Of a stretch of DNA of 64,000 nt, positions 47,835-59,674 are shown piece after piece (position 1 is the first letter of the stretch; each line of letters begins with the position of its first letter). Source of the stretch: Azolla caroliniana (taxonomy: Eukaryota; Plantae; Polypodiophyta). The notes beneath the pieces are model-generated. The model worked only from the letters and a program-made list of their open reading frames with translations. It ran no database searches and was not told the origin of the DNA. The DNA lies in assembly GCA_043228905.1 (NCBI GenBank), contig JBHGNT010000021.1, forward strand, positions 2,418,001-2,482,000. Reading direction: 5' to 3'. A program made the translations under genes and the position numbers.

Positions 47835-50800
47835 GGTACGTCAAAACTTTGGAAAGCATCCAAATCTATATCCAACAGCGTATCATTTCTACAAATGGTA
47901 TAACACTCATATATGATATGATGACTTCAAACAAGGTGTGAGTCATGACCTCCTTTTCGCACTTTCATTCGGTCACCTTCCCTTCTACTTTGCCTACCCA
48001 ATGGTAGTTACTTTGCTGAAATTTTCTAACAAAAGGACCATCAAAGTGGCCAAAAGATGTGTGGTACTACTATCTAGGTTTCCATCAATTGCTACAATGC
48101 ACGCTTTTGTGGTATTACTTGTGGCTTGTAATAGGGGAGGGGTGTCAAGGTCGTGGCTTTACTCTAGCTGATGACTGTCACAAGAATCCACGAGAAGGGT
48201 GTGAATTAAGACGCGAGTAGGCCCAATTGGGTCTTGAACTTGGGAAGGTAGATTTGATGTTATTGTGTACTTAGGTTTGTGGGATTCTAACATGTAGGTT
48301 CAATTTGTGTACATACTCATGGTCCTCTTGTTCATTCTCCCTTGTTCAATTCGTGTGGGTGAACTTGTTAATGGATGTTTTATGTATAATAATATTGTAT
48401 GTATGTTGTATGTGAGGGTCAAATGTGTGTAATGTGAGTATATTATATGTAGACTTCTTTTTTTGTCAACTGTAGCCTTAATCATATAATATTTTGCTAA
48501 TAAATTTGTTAGTGATTTTAATTGCCAATTGGCTCATTTGATTACAGACAGATTCTAAATCCTTAAACTACTTCGCAATCCTTATCAATTTATTTTAATT
48601 AACCCTGACTATCTATGATTTCTTCATTGATAATTCAAGTGAATCTGATTACACCACACACAAGGCAGATTATATTGCTTGATTATAATTAATTAAGCAA
48701 TAACAATTTCAAGCCTGCTCATAAAAGCATTGAAGCAATATTGATAATATTTGAAGCGGGAGAATTAATCCTATATAATCACCCCTAATATATATATATA
48801 TATATGGTTAGCAAGAATAAGAAAACATACACCATTGAAAGTGGAATGTCATTGTACAAAGCAAAATTCAAAGATTTTCCATTAAATGATCATGGCTTCG
48901 CCTTTTGATGCTTTCCATAGAAATCTACAAAAACTATATATCAATAATGTAGATTAAAGCAATATGATCGGTCTCAAGTTTCAACCTATCTACTTAGTAG
49001 AAATATTGAGTTGTGGAATGAAAAACATTGTTATTTTGATTATTTGGGTGGGGATAAACTAGGAATTTTTGTGACGTGTATGCACGCATGCAAATAAAAT
49101 ACTCTAAATGCAATAGTAGATTCTGCATGTTATCTGGATATTATCATATGAATATCCTCTTTAAATAATGAATACAAATGAAGGATGTAATGCACCGTAT
49201 CAAAAAGTAAACAAACCAGTTCACCTTTTAGGCTTTTTCTCTACGGTCATTAGCTTGTGCTTGTACTTCACCACTATCAATGTTATAATTTTAATTTGTG
49301 TCATGTCTTGCCGGAGTAGACTGCAATCAAATATGCAAAGTTTATAGGTGAAATATTAATTAGTTTAGGATGAAATAACATGCATTATGAGATACTGTGT
49401 TTTGGGACCAGTGAACAAATGATTGACTATGTGTAAATAAATACTCACTAATTGATATTCTAAGAATAGATTATGCATACCCAATGTTAATTGCAGTCTC
49501 TATCTTATACCCTGTGAGAATCCATATTTTGGATCTAGTAATGGATGGGAAAGCTAGCATATCATTGCTAATCAGAAAATAGAACAAATAGGAAAATGTC
49601 ATTTAATACTGATGCACACCACAGTACTATACTATTATGGGTTTGTTTTTATTTGGGCTTTATCACGATTCACAAGTTCTTGCTTTCTCAAAGTTAGAGT
49701 TTCATTAAAAATTCTGGGCTTCATCAAAGTTCTTGCTTTCTTAAAGGTTTGGGTTGCATTGAATTTTGTGTTTCAGTGTAATTGTTAGGTACTTAAGGTC
49801 AAATAATCTTAAATCTCATGGAGAAATGTATTCTAGTACTATAGTAGAGTTGAACTCTTAGAATTTTAAGTGTCTTAAGTTTTAACCTCTTTTCAAGTAT
49901 TTTGGTACTTTTTATTGAGGAATGTGTCTTGGGATTAATCTATCTGAATCCCAAGAATCTAAAAATATTTCAAAAAGATTAGAGAGAACTTTAATCCCCT
50001 AAACAAAATAAATATGAATAAGGAAATCAACATCTAAAGACAATAATCAACCAAATATTGTTAATGGCTAAAAATAAAAAGAATATTCTGTGTACTAACA
50101 ATAAAAATTATTGGTTGGGAAAGGATTCAATTCCTACAACTGTTCCATACTCGGAAACGTTCAATCAAATGCTTGTTAACACCCACAAAGTCCTTGCCAC
50201 TTGGCAACGACTCCAAATGATAAATAAAATAGTGGTGTTCCTTTCAATCCTACCTACTTAGCATATGATGGGATATATGCCTCATCAATTCGATGTGACA
50301 AGGATTGGTGGACATGCATTAATGAGCTACGTGAAATCAATGAAAGTCTCAAATATCTTGGGCTTCACGCTCCCTCCAATATGCAACCAACTACTTAGAA
50401 GTAGAAAATAGGCGTTACTCTTCATTTGAGAACATTTGTGATGGAGGAGAAATTAACATTTGGTTCTCAAGAAATACCTCTTTGATGCTTTGGCAATACT
50501 AATGCTTTTTTATGTGGTTTTAAGTATCATGGGGCGGAGTCATGAGAATTTGTGAGATGGGCGTGACAGATACAAGTAGAAACATCATATTCCTAAACCA
50601 AGGACAATGGATTTATTGCCATGCTCTTCAGTGTTTTTCTCTTCTCAAATTGCACAAGCGCATATGTATGCATGCACATTTTGTGTCTAATGATATGTGG
50701 GTGAAGTGTGTGCGACCATGTATTGTATGAGTATTTGTGATATGTTTGAGTTAGTATGTGGGTGCACTTCTAGTGGTGTGTGTGTTAATGTGCATGTATA

Positions 50801-51418
50801 TAATATGCATATTGTGCCTCGTCAAGATCATTTGTTGAGGAGTCCAAACCAATGTATAGCCTATCGATGGCGAGTTGGGCAAGTGTGTTACATTATCCAT
50901 CATGCAAGTTGAACATAATGGACTTGGTTGTGGGTCAACCAGAGTTCCCATAAAGCCCAAAATTTGACCAAATGAACAAATTGTTGGGTCACAAGCTATT
51001 AACTAGAAATCCAAAAGAACATACTAAAACTACAATTGGTAAATTGTAGTTGTAAGTAGTAATGAAGTAGGAAAGTATATGTTGATTGGACATGTGTCCA
51101 TAGGTACCAATGTAATATGCTTTCATAAGTGCACCCACGTTGTTTGCAGGTTGTGTGTCAAGTCTTTTTGAGCACAAAGCACACCACCCTCACAACTGAT
51201 ACTCCAAGCGAACACGTGACGAGGCTGAAGCCAATAACAATATTGAACTAGAAAAGGATTTGGTATCAATAAGCTTCTGCAAATTTGACAAGAGAAGCTC
51301 ATGAGAATTAAATGTTCGTGGAGATCTAGAACTACATAAGTCACTCAAAGGCAGACTTTCTTAGATGAAGATGGTGATTGATAGATGATAGACAAGGAGG
51401 TATGGGGAATCTCAATCT

Positions 51419-51455
<37 letters not shown>

Positions 51456-51831
51456 TGTAATTAGCTTACCTTATTGGTGAGTTGTTACACTACAAGCCAC
51501 TATGTCTTGGGTTAAAAAAAAAACCCAAATTTACTCACATCTCTATTATATACTCCATACATATCTCTTAATTTACTAGATGTCACTGTGGAATGTAGGG
51601 GTTGAACCCATGACCACTTGGTAGCTCAGTTGGTCTCTCTCTCTCTCTATTGGAACATTCATTGGTAAGTTCTTGAACATCGAGAGTTGCTACTCACTTT
51701 CACATGTCTCACGTGAAATGTAATATTTTTTGGTGTCATACTACATACGTCATGTTTGACCTACAAAGACAATAATAGAATCTATCTATCTATCTCTATC
51801 GTAAATTAGCTGAACGTCTTGGGTTCGAGAC

Positions 51832-51875
51832 CTCATGTCTCTATTACTCCATACATACATACAATGATACATGCA

Positions 51876-51907
<32 letters not shown>

Positions 51908-52087
51908 CATCTTAATTTTTACTAGATCTCATGTCTCTATTACTCCATACATACATACAATATATATATATATATCCTCTTAATTTTTACTAGATCTCAT
52001 GTCTCTATTACTCCATACATACATACAATGATACATGCATACATATAATATATATACATATATATATCCTCTTAATTTTTACTAGAT
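51832..52087. repeat. Three tandem 70-95-bp units containing TA microsatellite
   Basis: CTCATGTCTCTATTACTCCATACATAC...CTTAATTTTTACTAGAT repeated three times. Confidence 0.85.
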
Positions 52088-52367
52088 GCCAAAAATGTGG
52101 AATGTTAGGGCTTGAACTCATGCCTAAACCCTAAACCCTCATGACCTTCTTTCTAGTCTCGGATGCAGGAGTAAAGCAACAAACGTAATGAATGACATAT
52201 ACATACATACGTACGTAATGAATGATATACATACATACATATATGCATATGCGGCGATGAATCTCGTGCTGATAGTAGTACTGAGAGATCGATCAGACCT
52301 CAGTCTTCACGTCGTACGCAGGAGGTCCCCCCTCATCAGCATGTCATTCGTACTTCCTTCCTCCCAT

Positions 52368-52397
52368 TCTCCTCATCTGCGGAGGGATGATTCAACA

Positions 52398-52450
<53 letters not shown>

Positions 52451-52485
52451 CAGGGGTTGAATCATCCCTCCCGCAGATAACGAGA
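52368..52485 (+). ncRNA. Candidate miRNA-like hairpin with (CA)n(TA)n loop
   Basis: ATCTGCGG-AGGGATGATTCAAC (52375-52396) pairs with GTTGAATCATCCCTCCCGCAGAT (52456-52478) with a single bulge. The basal extension is imperfect. Confidence 0.45.
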
Positions 52486-52719
52486 GATCAGACGGGGCTT
52501 CAATCCCTACTCACCAGGTACTTTTCATATCTTTGCAAAGCGTTCCTTTAATCATGACTCAATTGCATGTTTTTTTCATATCTTTCTTCTTCTTGTTCTT
52601 CTTCTCCGCGTGTTCTTTTGTTCTATATGTTTGTATATGATGGTTCTCTCAACAACTCTGTGGATCGCGTGAAGTAGGGATCTGTTAAAATTCCTCCCGA
52701 GAACAAAAGATTGGCTTTT

Positions 52720-53104
52720 CATTATACATGTGTGTATGTTGATGTATGCATATACATATATGTGTACATTTGCATATAGAGATGTGTATATATACGGATA
52801 GATGCATGCAAGACTGTATGAATATATGAGAGTCTTATTTTCATTGGTCAGAGGCAATGTATGTACGCATGTATGTCTCTCTCAATATGTGTGTATGTAT
52901 GTACGCATGTATGTCTCTCTCATTATACATGTGTGTATGTTGATGTATGCATATACATATATGTGTACATTTGCATATAGAGATGTGTATATATACGGAT
53001 AGATGCATGCAAGACTGTATGAATATATGAGAGCCTTATTTTCATTGGTCAGAGGCAATGTATGTACGCATGTATGTCTCTCTCAATATGTGTGTATGTA
53101 TGTA
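52720..53104. repeat. ~201-bp tandem duplication in the predicted leader intron of the PAP gene
   Basis: Copies start at 52720 and 52921 and are nearly identical. Confidence 0.9.
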
Positions 53105-53446
53105 GGTATACAGGTATGTATTTATGTACCTACGTACATATGTATGTAGTTCAGGCTGCATGCATGTACATATGTTCAGGCTTAAAATTTATGGTTCAAC
53201 TTTTCTGTATTGAAGATGGATGATTGAATGGATGTAATTTGAAGCATAGATATATATAATTTTGTTGGATATGTACATTGATAAAAAGAAAGCAAACAAA
53301 TAAATGTGATTGTAAATTTACTTTTTACAAATTAGAACAATACTAGGAAAATGTTAGATGGTAAAGTGTAACCATTGGCAAATCAATGATTAGCAGAAAT
53401 AAGGTGGCAAAGGAAGATCTTGTTAAAGATACACTCTAAGCAAAGT

Positions 53447-56400
53447 ATGGCGCGGTGTCGAGAGGCAATTGTGTGGCTCATGTTGACGATAATCATGACA
53501 ATTTTCTTTTCTTCACAAAATGTGGTATGTGCTCAGAGAAAAGGAAGAGGTCTTACTAGCGAGTATGTGCGCTCCCGAGGGGGAAACATTGACATGCCTT
53601 TGGATGCAGACGTCTTTCAAGAACCCCCTGGCTTCAATGCTCCACAACAGGTTTGTTCTGGCATGATACACACACATATGTTGGGAAGTAAAATGTTACT
53701 TAACATCATAAGCAGGCTAAAGTGACCAATGAGACCAAAGGTGTTACCTGATAAATCTCCTTATAAATCCATATATATAGTCTTATACCATGCCTAGTAA
53801 ATAAATCACTAAACAAAATACTACTCCAGAGTTGCCTGATTTAACTGCAAGGTTGTGTTCAAAGTACAATGATGTAGGGAAACTGCGTGCAAGTTGTGTG
53901 ATAATTGTCCCAGAAAGAATCATCTTGGTTCATCAAGATTTTCTGGCTCTTTCTGTTTAAGGAGCAATTGTTTCCATGACTTGGTAAAAGACATTGCCAT
54001 AAAGGTTTTTTCTTTTTAGAAATAAAGCAACAAACTCACCAGAGTTTGGGATGACCAAACGATCAAATTTTGTATATAAACTAAAAAACTGCCGAGTTCT
54101 TCACATAGAATTCTTCAACCAAATCCAAAGAAATTCCTTACTATGGAGTTTTCAGAAGAAAGGTCATCTCTGTGATGTGGAAAATATTTTCTTGACAGAA
54201 GGTCATCTTCATCTCTGACTCTTGTTCCCATTATCCATGTATTCCTAGTCTTTAGCTGAATGAGGTCTTGTGTGCTGTTTCACTAGTCTTTGAGTGAGCT
54301 GAGATGAGAGGTGGTGCATCCAAGATGATGATGATAATATATTAATGTCCAAGGGGACCAAAAATGACCTGTGGAACCAATCAAATCTTATAAAGCACTC
54401 TCCTTAGTTGTGTGGGGGAGAATTTTAAAATGGTAGAAAGAAAAGAAGAAATAAAATACGAATATAAAAAATGAAACCTGGAAATAAAAAAGGCAAGTTT
54501 GTTTCTGAATCTCATTGCTGACATATTCTATGAGTTTGGTTCTCTGATTAAGTTGAGATGAATGAAAATGCATACTGTTTTCGATGATGGTTTGTTCCTC
54601 TTTGGGAATTCTAGAAAGCTAGTACAACCTTGTGCGAATTCCTGGTGATGGTGTCATATGTGAGGCACTCCAAAGGAACATGTTCTTCTGTTTCTGATAC
54701 GTCGAAAAAATATATAGCATCAGTGTAATGGTATGTCTCGCTCTCTTCAAGTTTCTGCATGCATTACTGAGCATGGGGTTGTTGTCTCTAAAGCGAAATA
54801 ACAGTGTAGGAATTCTTTTGTTTATTCTCTTTTTCATTCCACAAGCTTGCTGAAATACTTTGTAACCAAACCTCAGTTTTGTAAAGCAGAGTTTCCACCA
54901 TACCCTACCAACTGTTAACTTTCAGATTTGACAATGCTTACCACCATGACTGTGGTCTTAGCCACATTGACTGCCAGATCCCTATGCTCGGAAATTATGT
55001 GTACCATATTTAAAAGCTTTTGCAGTCTCAGTCTCAGTTGCCAAAAGCAAGGCATCATGTGTGCAAATCAGAACCAATACTGTGAAATGTCCATTGGCTG
55101 GTTTTCCATGTTCTCTTATGGCTTCGTGAATGAACTGTTCTAGATGACAGATACATTGACTGAATATAGTAGGTGATAGAGGGCATCCTTGTTTCACTTC
55201 CATGGTGCTCATGACCTCTCTAGAAAAGCCTTCATTTGTCTTTGGCCCTCTTCTTACTTGCTGGTGCTGGGCTGCGGTTATTTCATGCATGTTAGTAGTA
55301 CTCCCAAGTTGTTGGGATTGTGTTTGAAGACTTATTAAAAATAATAACACAATGGTTGCACTTTAAGGCGACCCGCTTCCATTACGACCCACAGAAAAAC
55401 AAGATGGTGAATAGTGTTGGGTTTGGGTCGGAAACTTGATTGTCCCACAGTTCTCTTGTTGCGTTTTTCATCCCAGTCCCTAAACAACTGTAGAAGTTTA
55501 ACTATTAGAATTAGAATTTTTATCGTCCATAGAGAGACGAATTTTGACGTATGGGACCAGAGTATACATGTGTTCTTGATATGTGTCTCCTTCCTAAAAA
55601 AGGGTATTCATACATTAAAGTACAAAGTCTCTATGCATGAATAAAGCATACACATATGAGCTCAACCTTCTAGGTGGTGTCTTAAGTATCGTACTTAAGT
55701 TATCACTCCCTCTTAGTATGTCACATATTTTGAATGAATTGCACTATATGCAGAGCATGTGAAGAGCAAGTGACGTTCATCCTCTACCATTCCTTGATTG
55801 CATACTTTACATGCCTTCAAATTTGTTACATTTTGATACCATGATGCAACTTCAATACCTAACTTGTGAGATCGAGTGCAAAGTAGTGTAAGGGCTCTAT
55901 GAGCATTACTACTCATATTTGTAATGAGATAAGGTTGGATACGATCAATAGGCGTTCTTGCATTATATTGAGACTAACATTCAAGGTTGACATTTGCAAT
56001 GTAATATTCTAGCTTTGTCCTCTTAGCATCTTGCCACTTCATCGTTAATGATTCCACCAGCCTTTCCTCAATCATTACATACTACATAGTATCACCCGAA
56101 AGCTCTAAAAGATCATCTACACCCCATCTTCTAAACCATTTTCTTATGTCAACAACCCAACCGGATGAGAGAATTTTACTCCAAACCATTTTCTTTTGTA
56201 ACTTACATCCAACATTCCAAGCAAGATGTGGTAATTGATGGTTCGGCATATTCTTGACCTTTGTAATGTATCTATATACTCTTTGGAGTGCCGATATTTC
56301 TATGGGCCAAACACCTGTTTCCAAGAGCATTACCTGGTAAGAGGTAGTGCATTTAACTCCTAATTGCCTCCTTAAGAACATCTTTTGAATTTTCTCAATC

Positions 56401-58857
56401 TCATTCCATGCATTAAGACATAATAGTGGAATAGTTAGGGAGCTCATTTCTTTTCCTTCCGTATAGTGTCTTGGTACATTTATCTTGCCAAATATTGAGT
56501 TAAACCTTGTGCTATTGCCTGATTTAATAATGCATGTTTCCATTTTTTAGACACTAGGCCAGTCCATTTGAGCAGTTCTGAGCGCAGGGTAGTATATCTA
56601 TCCTAAAACTGTGTGACCAACCATGATGCTATATCTGGATACCAACATGAAATATCAAGTTATCACCCTCAGTCCCCTTATTCTAAGCTCATGGATAAAG
56701 AGGCCGCTCCAATGATCTCCTAGTGTAGGTGTATCCAACTAGTAACAATGATCCAACACTGTGAGATATTGTCTTTACACCTATAATGTATGCACATAAC
56801 GTGATAAAATAAAATTGATTGGGCAGTTTTGTTTGGAAAGGTACACATTACACAAGGGGATGTTTATGGGACGTCTGTCATCATCTCATGGGTGACTCCT
56901 GATCATCCTGGTTCTTCAATTGTTTACTATGGCACCAGCGCTGAAAACTACTCATTTGCCACCACAGCTGAGCCTGCCATACAATATTCTGCATATAATT
57001 ATACCTCTGGATTTATACATCATTGCACTATTCAAGATCTTGAGGTATTCGGCCACAGAGATTTTTGTTTGTTTTCTTACTTTGAACTTCTTTTAAAATT
57101 TGTGTTCTAGAAAGCTGGTTTACACGTCTCTAATATCCTGTACTGGATGGACTATTCACAGTATAGTACAACCTATTTCTACAAGATTGGAGATGTGGAT
57201 GTGTCTCGTGAATTTTCATTCACTACACCCCCGGAATCAGGGCCAGATGTCCCTTACACTTTTGGACTTATTGGTGATCAACTTTTGTTTCCCATATTTT
57301 TGGCAATTGGATTTTATTTATCTTGCAATTTTAAATCAATGCAAACAAAGTCCTGGTAGTTGAATCTGATTTTATCATTCAATCAAATACAATTTCAGGA
57401 GATATTGGGCAGACAGCAGACTCCAATCGTACCTTACAACATTATATGGAAAGCAAAGGCCAGACAGTTTTATTTGTCGGGGATTGTTCATATGCAGACC
57501 AGTATCCATTTTTTGATAATAATCGGTGGGATACATGGGGTCGATTTGTTGAACGTAGCACTGCATATCAGCCTTGGATATGGTCTGTTGGAAACCACGA
57601 TATTGAATGGGGCCCAGAATTTGTAAGTCAATATTTTGCCCCTTTTCCTTTCACGAATGTCTCTGAGTTCTGCACATCAGTTCCTTATTTTTTCTTTCCT
57701 AACATTTATGAGTTTTTTACTTGCACTATTATTTGTTGCAGTCTGTAAATCCCCTAACATTTGTGAGTTTAACCCGTCAATCTTTATTCTTTTCGTTTTT
57801 TTCTTCCACAGTTGTGAGTTCCACACTGTTTTTTGCTAACATTATGAGTTTTGCACTTAAGGCTTGATCTTTTTTGGTTCCTTCCTTTTTGGAAATATTT
57901 ATGAGTTTTGCATTAAATCTTCTTTTTTCTCTTGACATTTCTTATCATCTTTAGTTTTCTCTTCCTTTCTTTTCACCGGATAGTGATTGATTTGAACACC
58001 GAACGAATATCTTACAAGGCTTTCATTTTTCTGTGTTTGCATATTTAACTTTTTCTCATTTGGAAAATGGAAACAAATATTTATATTCTAGGGAGAGTAT
58101 GGTGACTTCAAGGCTTATGTACATCGGTTAAAGACTCCTTATGCACGTTCAAACGGCACTTCTCCACTTTGGTACTCGATCCAGCGTGGCCCAGCATATA
58201 TTATTGTGTTATCATCTTACTCTTCCTTTGGTGAGGAAACCTTCATTCAACTTCAATGCTACTTTCCTTCTCGTTATGTTTAGCATGTGATTATCTTTGT
58301 TGGACAGTTAGATCTAGTCCACAGTACAACTGGCTTAAAGAAGAGCTTCCGAAAGTAGACAGAACAAAGACGCCATGGCTCATTATTATAATGCATATCT
58401 CATTTTACAGTAGCAATTCAGCTCACTATCTGGAAGGGGAGGCAATGCGCAATGTCTTTGAGGCATGGTTTGTAGAATACAAAGTGGATATTGTTTTTTC
58501 AGGACATGTGCATGCCTATGAAAGAACGGTATGTTCTCTTTGAAGAGCTTTTTGAAACCCTTTGAAACTTTTGAAGGTTTTTAACTACTTTTGGGATATG
58601 TTGGTTGAATTATCTTTTTGAAGTCTTACAAATCTTATCTTTTGGTGCAATCCTGCAGTTCCCTGTATCAAACATTAACTTTGATTTGGTTAATGGTGAT
58701 TGTTTACCGGTTTTGAATGATGATGCTCCAGTCTATGTTGTCATTGGAGATGGAGGGAATATAAAAGGACTTGCTTCGCAGTAAGAACCACTCATGGTGT
58801 ATTGTTTATCTTTCTTTTTCCCCTTTTGTGGATGCATATAATATGTTGTATTTTGTG

Positions 58858-58905
<48 letters not shown>

Positions 58906-59454
58906 TTGTATCTTTCTATGAACTCTTTTGTTATTGTATATGTTGGATAGCTTGCATTTGTCACTTTATGTACCATGTTTTTGCAAATGCATAGATTGAT
59001 AGCTTCTCTACTGTCTTTATATGCCATTTTTTGTGGATATGCATATATTGGTAGCTTGTATCATGTGAATGCATAGATTTGTAGCGTATCTAGCTTGTAA
59101 TGTCTTCCAATGCTATTTTTGTGTGAATGCATATCCTTTTTCTTGCAAATGCTTACATATAATAATGCATATATTGATAGCTTGTATTGTAGGTCTTTCT
59201 ATGACATTTTTTGGTGGCTTATATTTGTCGGTGAATGCATATAGTTTTTATTTGATCATGTGTCCAGATACATTGAGCCACAACCCGAGTACTCGGCATT
59301 TCGAGAGGCTAGTTTTGGCTATGGTATTTTCGATATCATGAACCGGACGCATGCATTATTCTATTGGCATCGTAATCAAGATGGAGAGGCAGTCATATCT
59401 GATTCTTATTGGCTCAATAACCAATATTGGAAAACAAGTGTAAGGATCAAGTAA
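53447..59454 (+). CDS. Secreted purple acid phosphatase (PAP10/12/26 group), 470 aa; exons 53447-53650, 56841-57044, 57162-57273, 57399-57622, 58092-58230, 58308-58528, 58659-58780, 59268-59454
   Basis: Signal peptide and DMPLDADVF...NAPQQVHITQGD. Metal-binding motifs GDIG, GDCSYAD, GNHD, IIMH and GHVH. All introns are GT-AG with consistent phases (1413 nt total). Confidence 0.95.
54500..56420 (-). mobile_element. Decayed non-L1 LINE fragments (RTEX/L2-like) in the first coding intron of PAP
   Basis: [12 protein letters not shown] (RT), [15 protein letters not shown]...LLETG, and RSHKLGIEV...CKVC...[14 protein letters not shown]. Confidence 0.75.
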
Positions 59455-59674
59455 AATAATTGGGTAATATTATTATATCGAAGATTTGGGCTACTATATA
59501 GAGAGTAGTTGAACTTGATGTCTTATGTGTTCCAAATGGCTGATTCTTATTGGCTCAATAACAAATAATGGAAAACAAGTGTAAGGATCGAGTAAAATAA
59601 TGAGCAATATTATTATATCGAAGATTTGGGCTACTGTATAGAGAGTAATTGAACTTGATGTCTTATGTGTTCCA
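59399..59674 (+). repeat. ~140-bp tandem duplication spanning the PAP stop codon and 3' UTR
   Basis: Copies start at 59399 and 59540. Confidence 0.88.

Noticed and set aside
50100-51300. Possible minus-strand LINE zinc-finger remnants
   Set aside because: Too decayed to support boundaries or identity by eye.
51585-51835. tRNA gene (TAGCTCAGTTGGT and GGGTTCGAGACC box-like pieces)
   Set aside because: The boxes are far apart or in opposite orientation and no cloverleaf forms; at most this is SINE debris.
52245-52956. P1BS (GNATATNC) sites upstream of PAP at 52245, 52748 and about 52949
   Set aside because: Biologically plausible, but they lie in TA/CA-rich simple sequence where the motif arises by chance.
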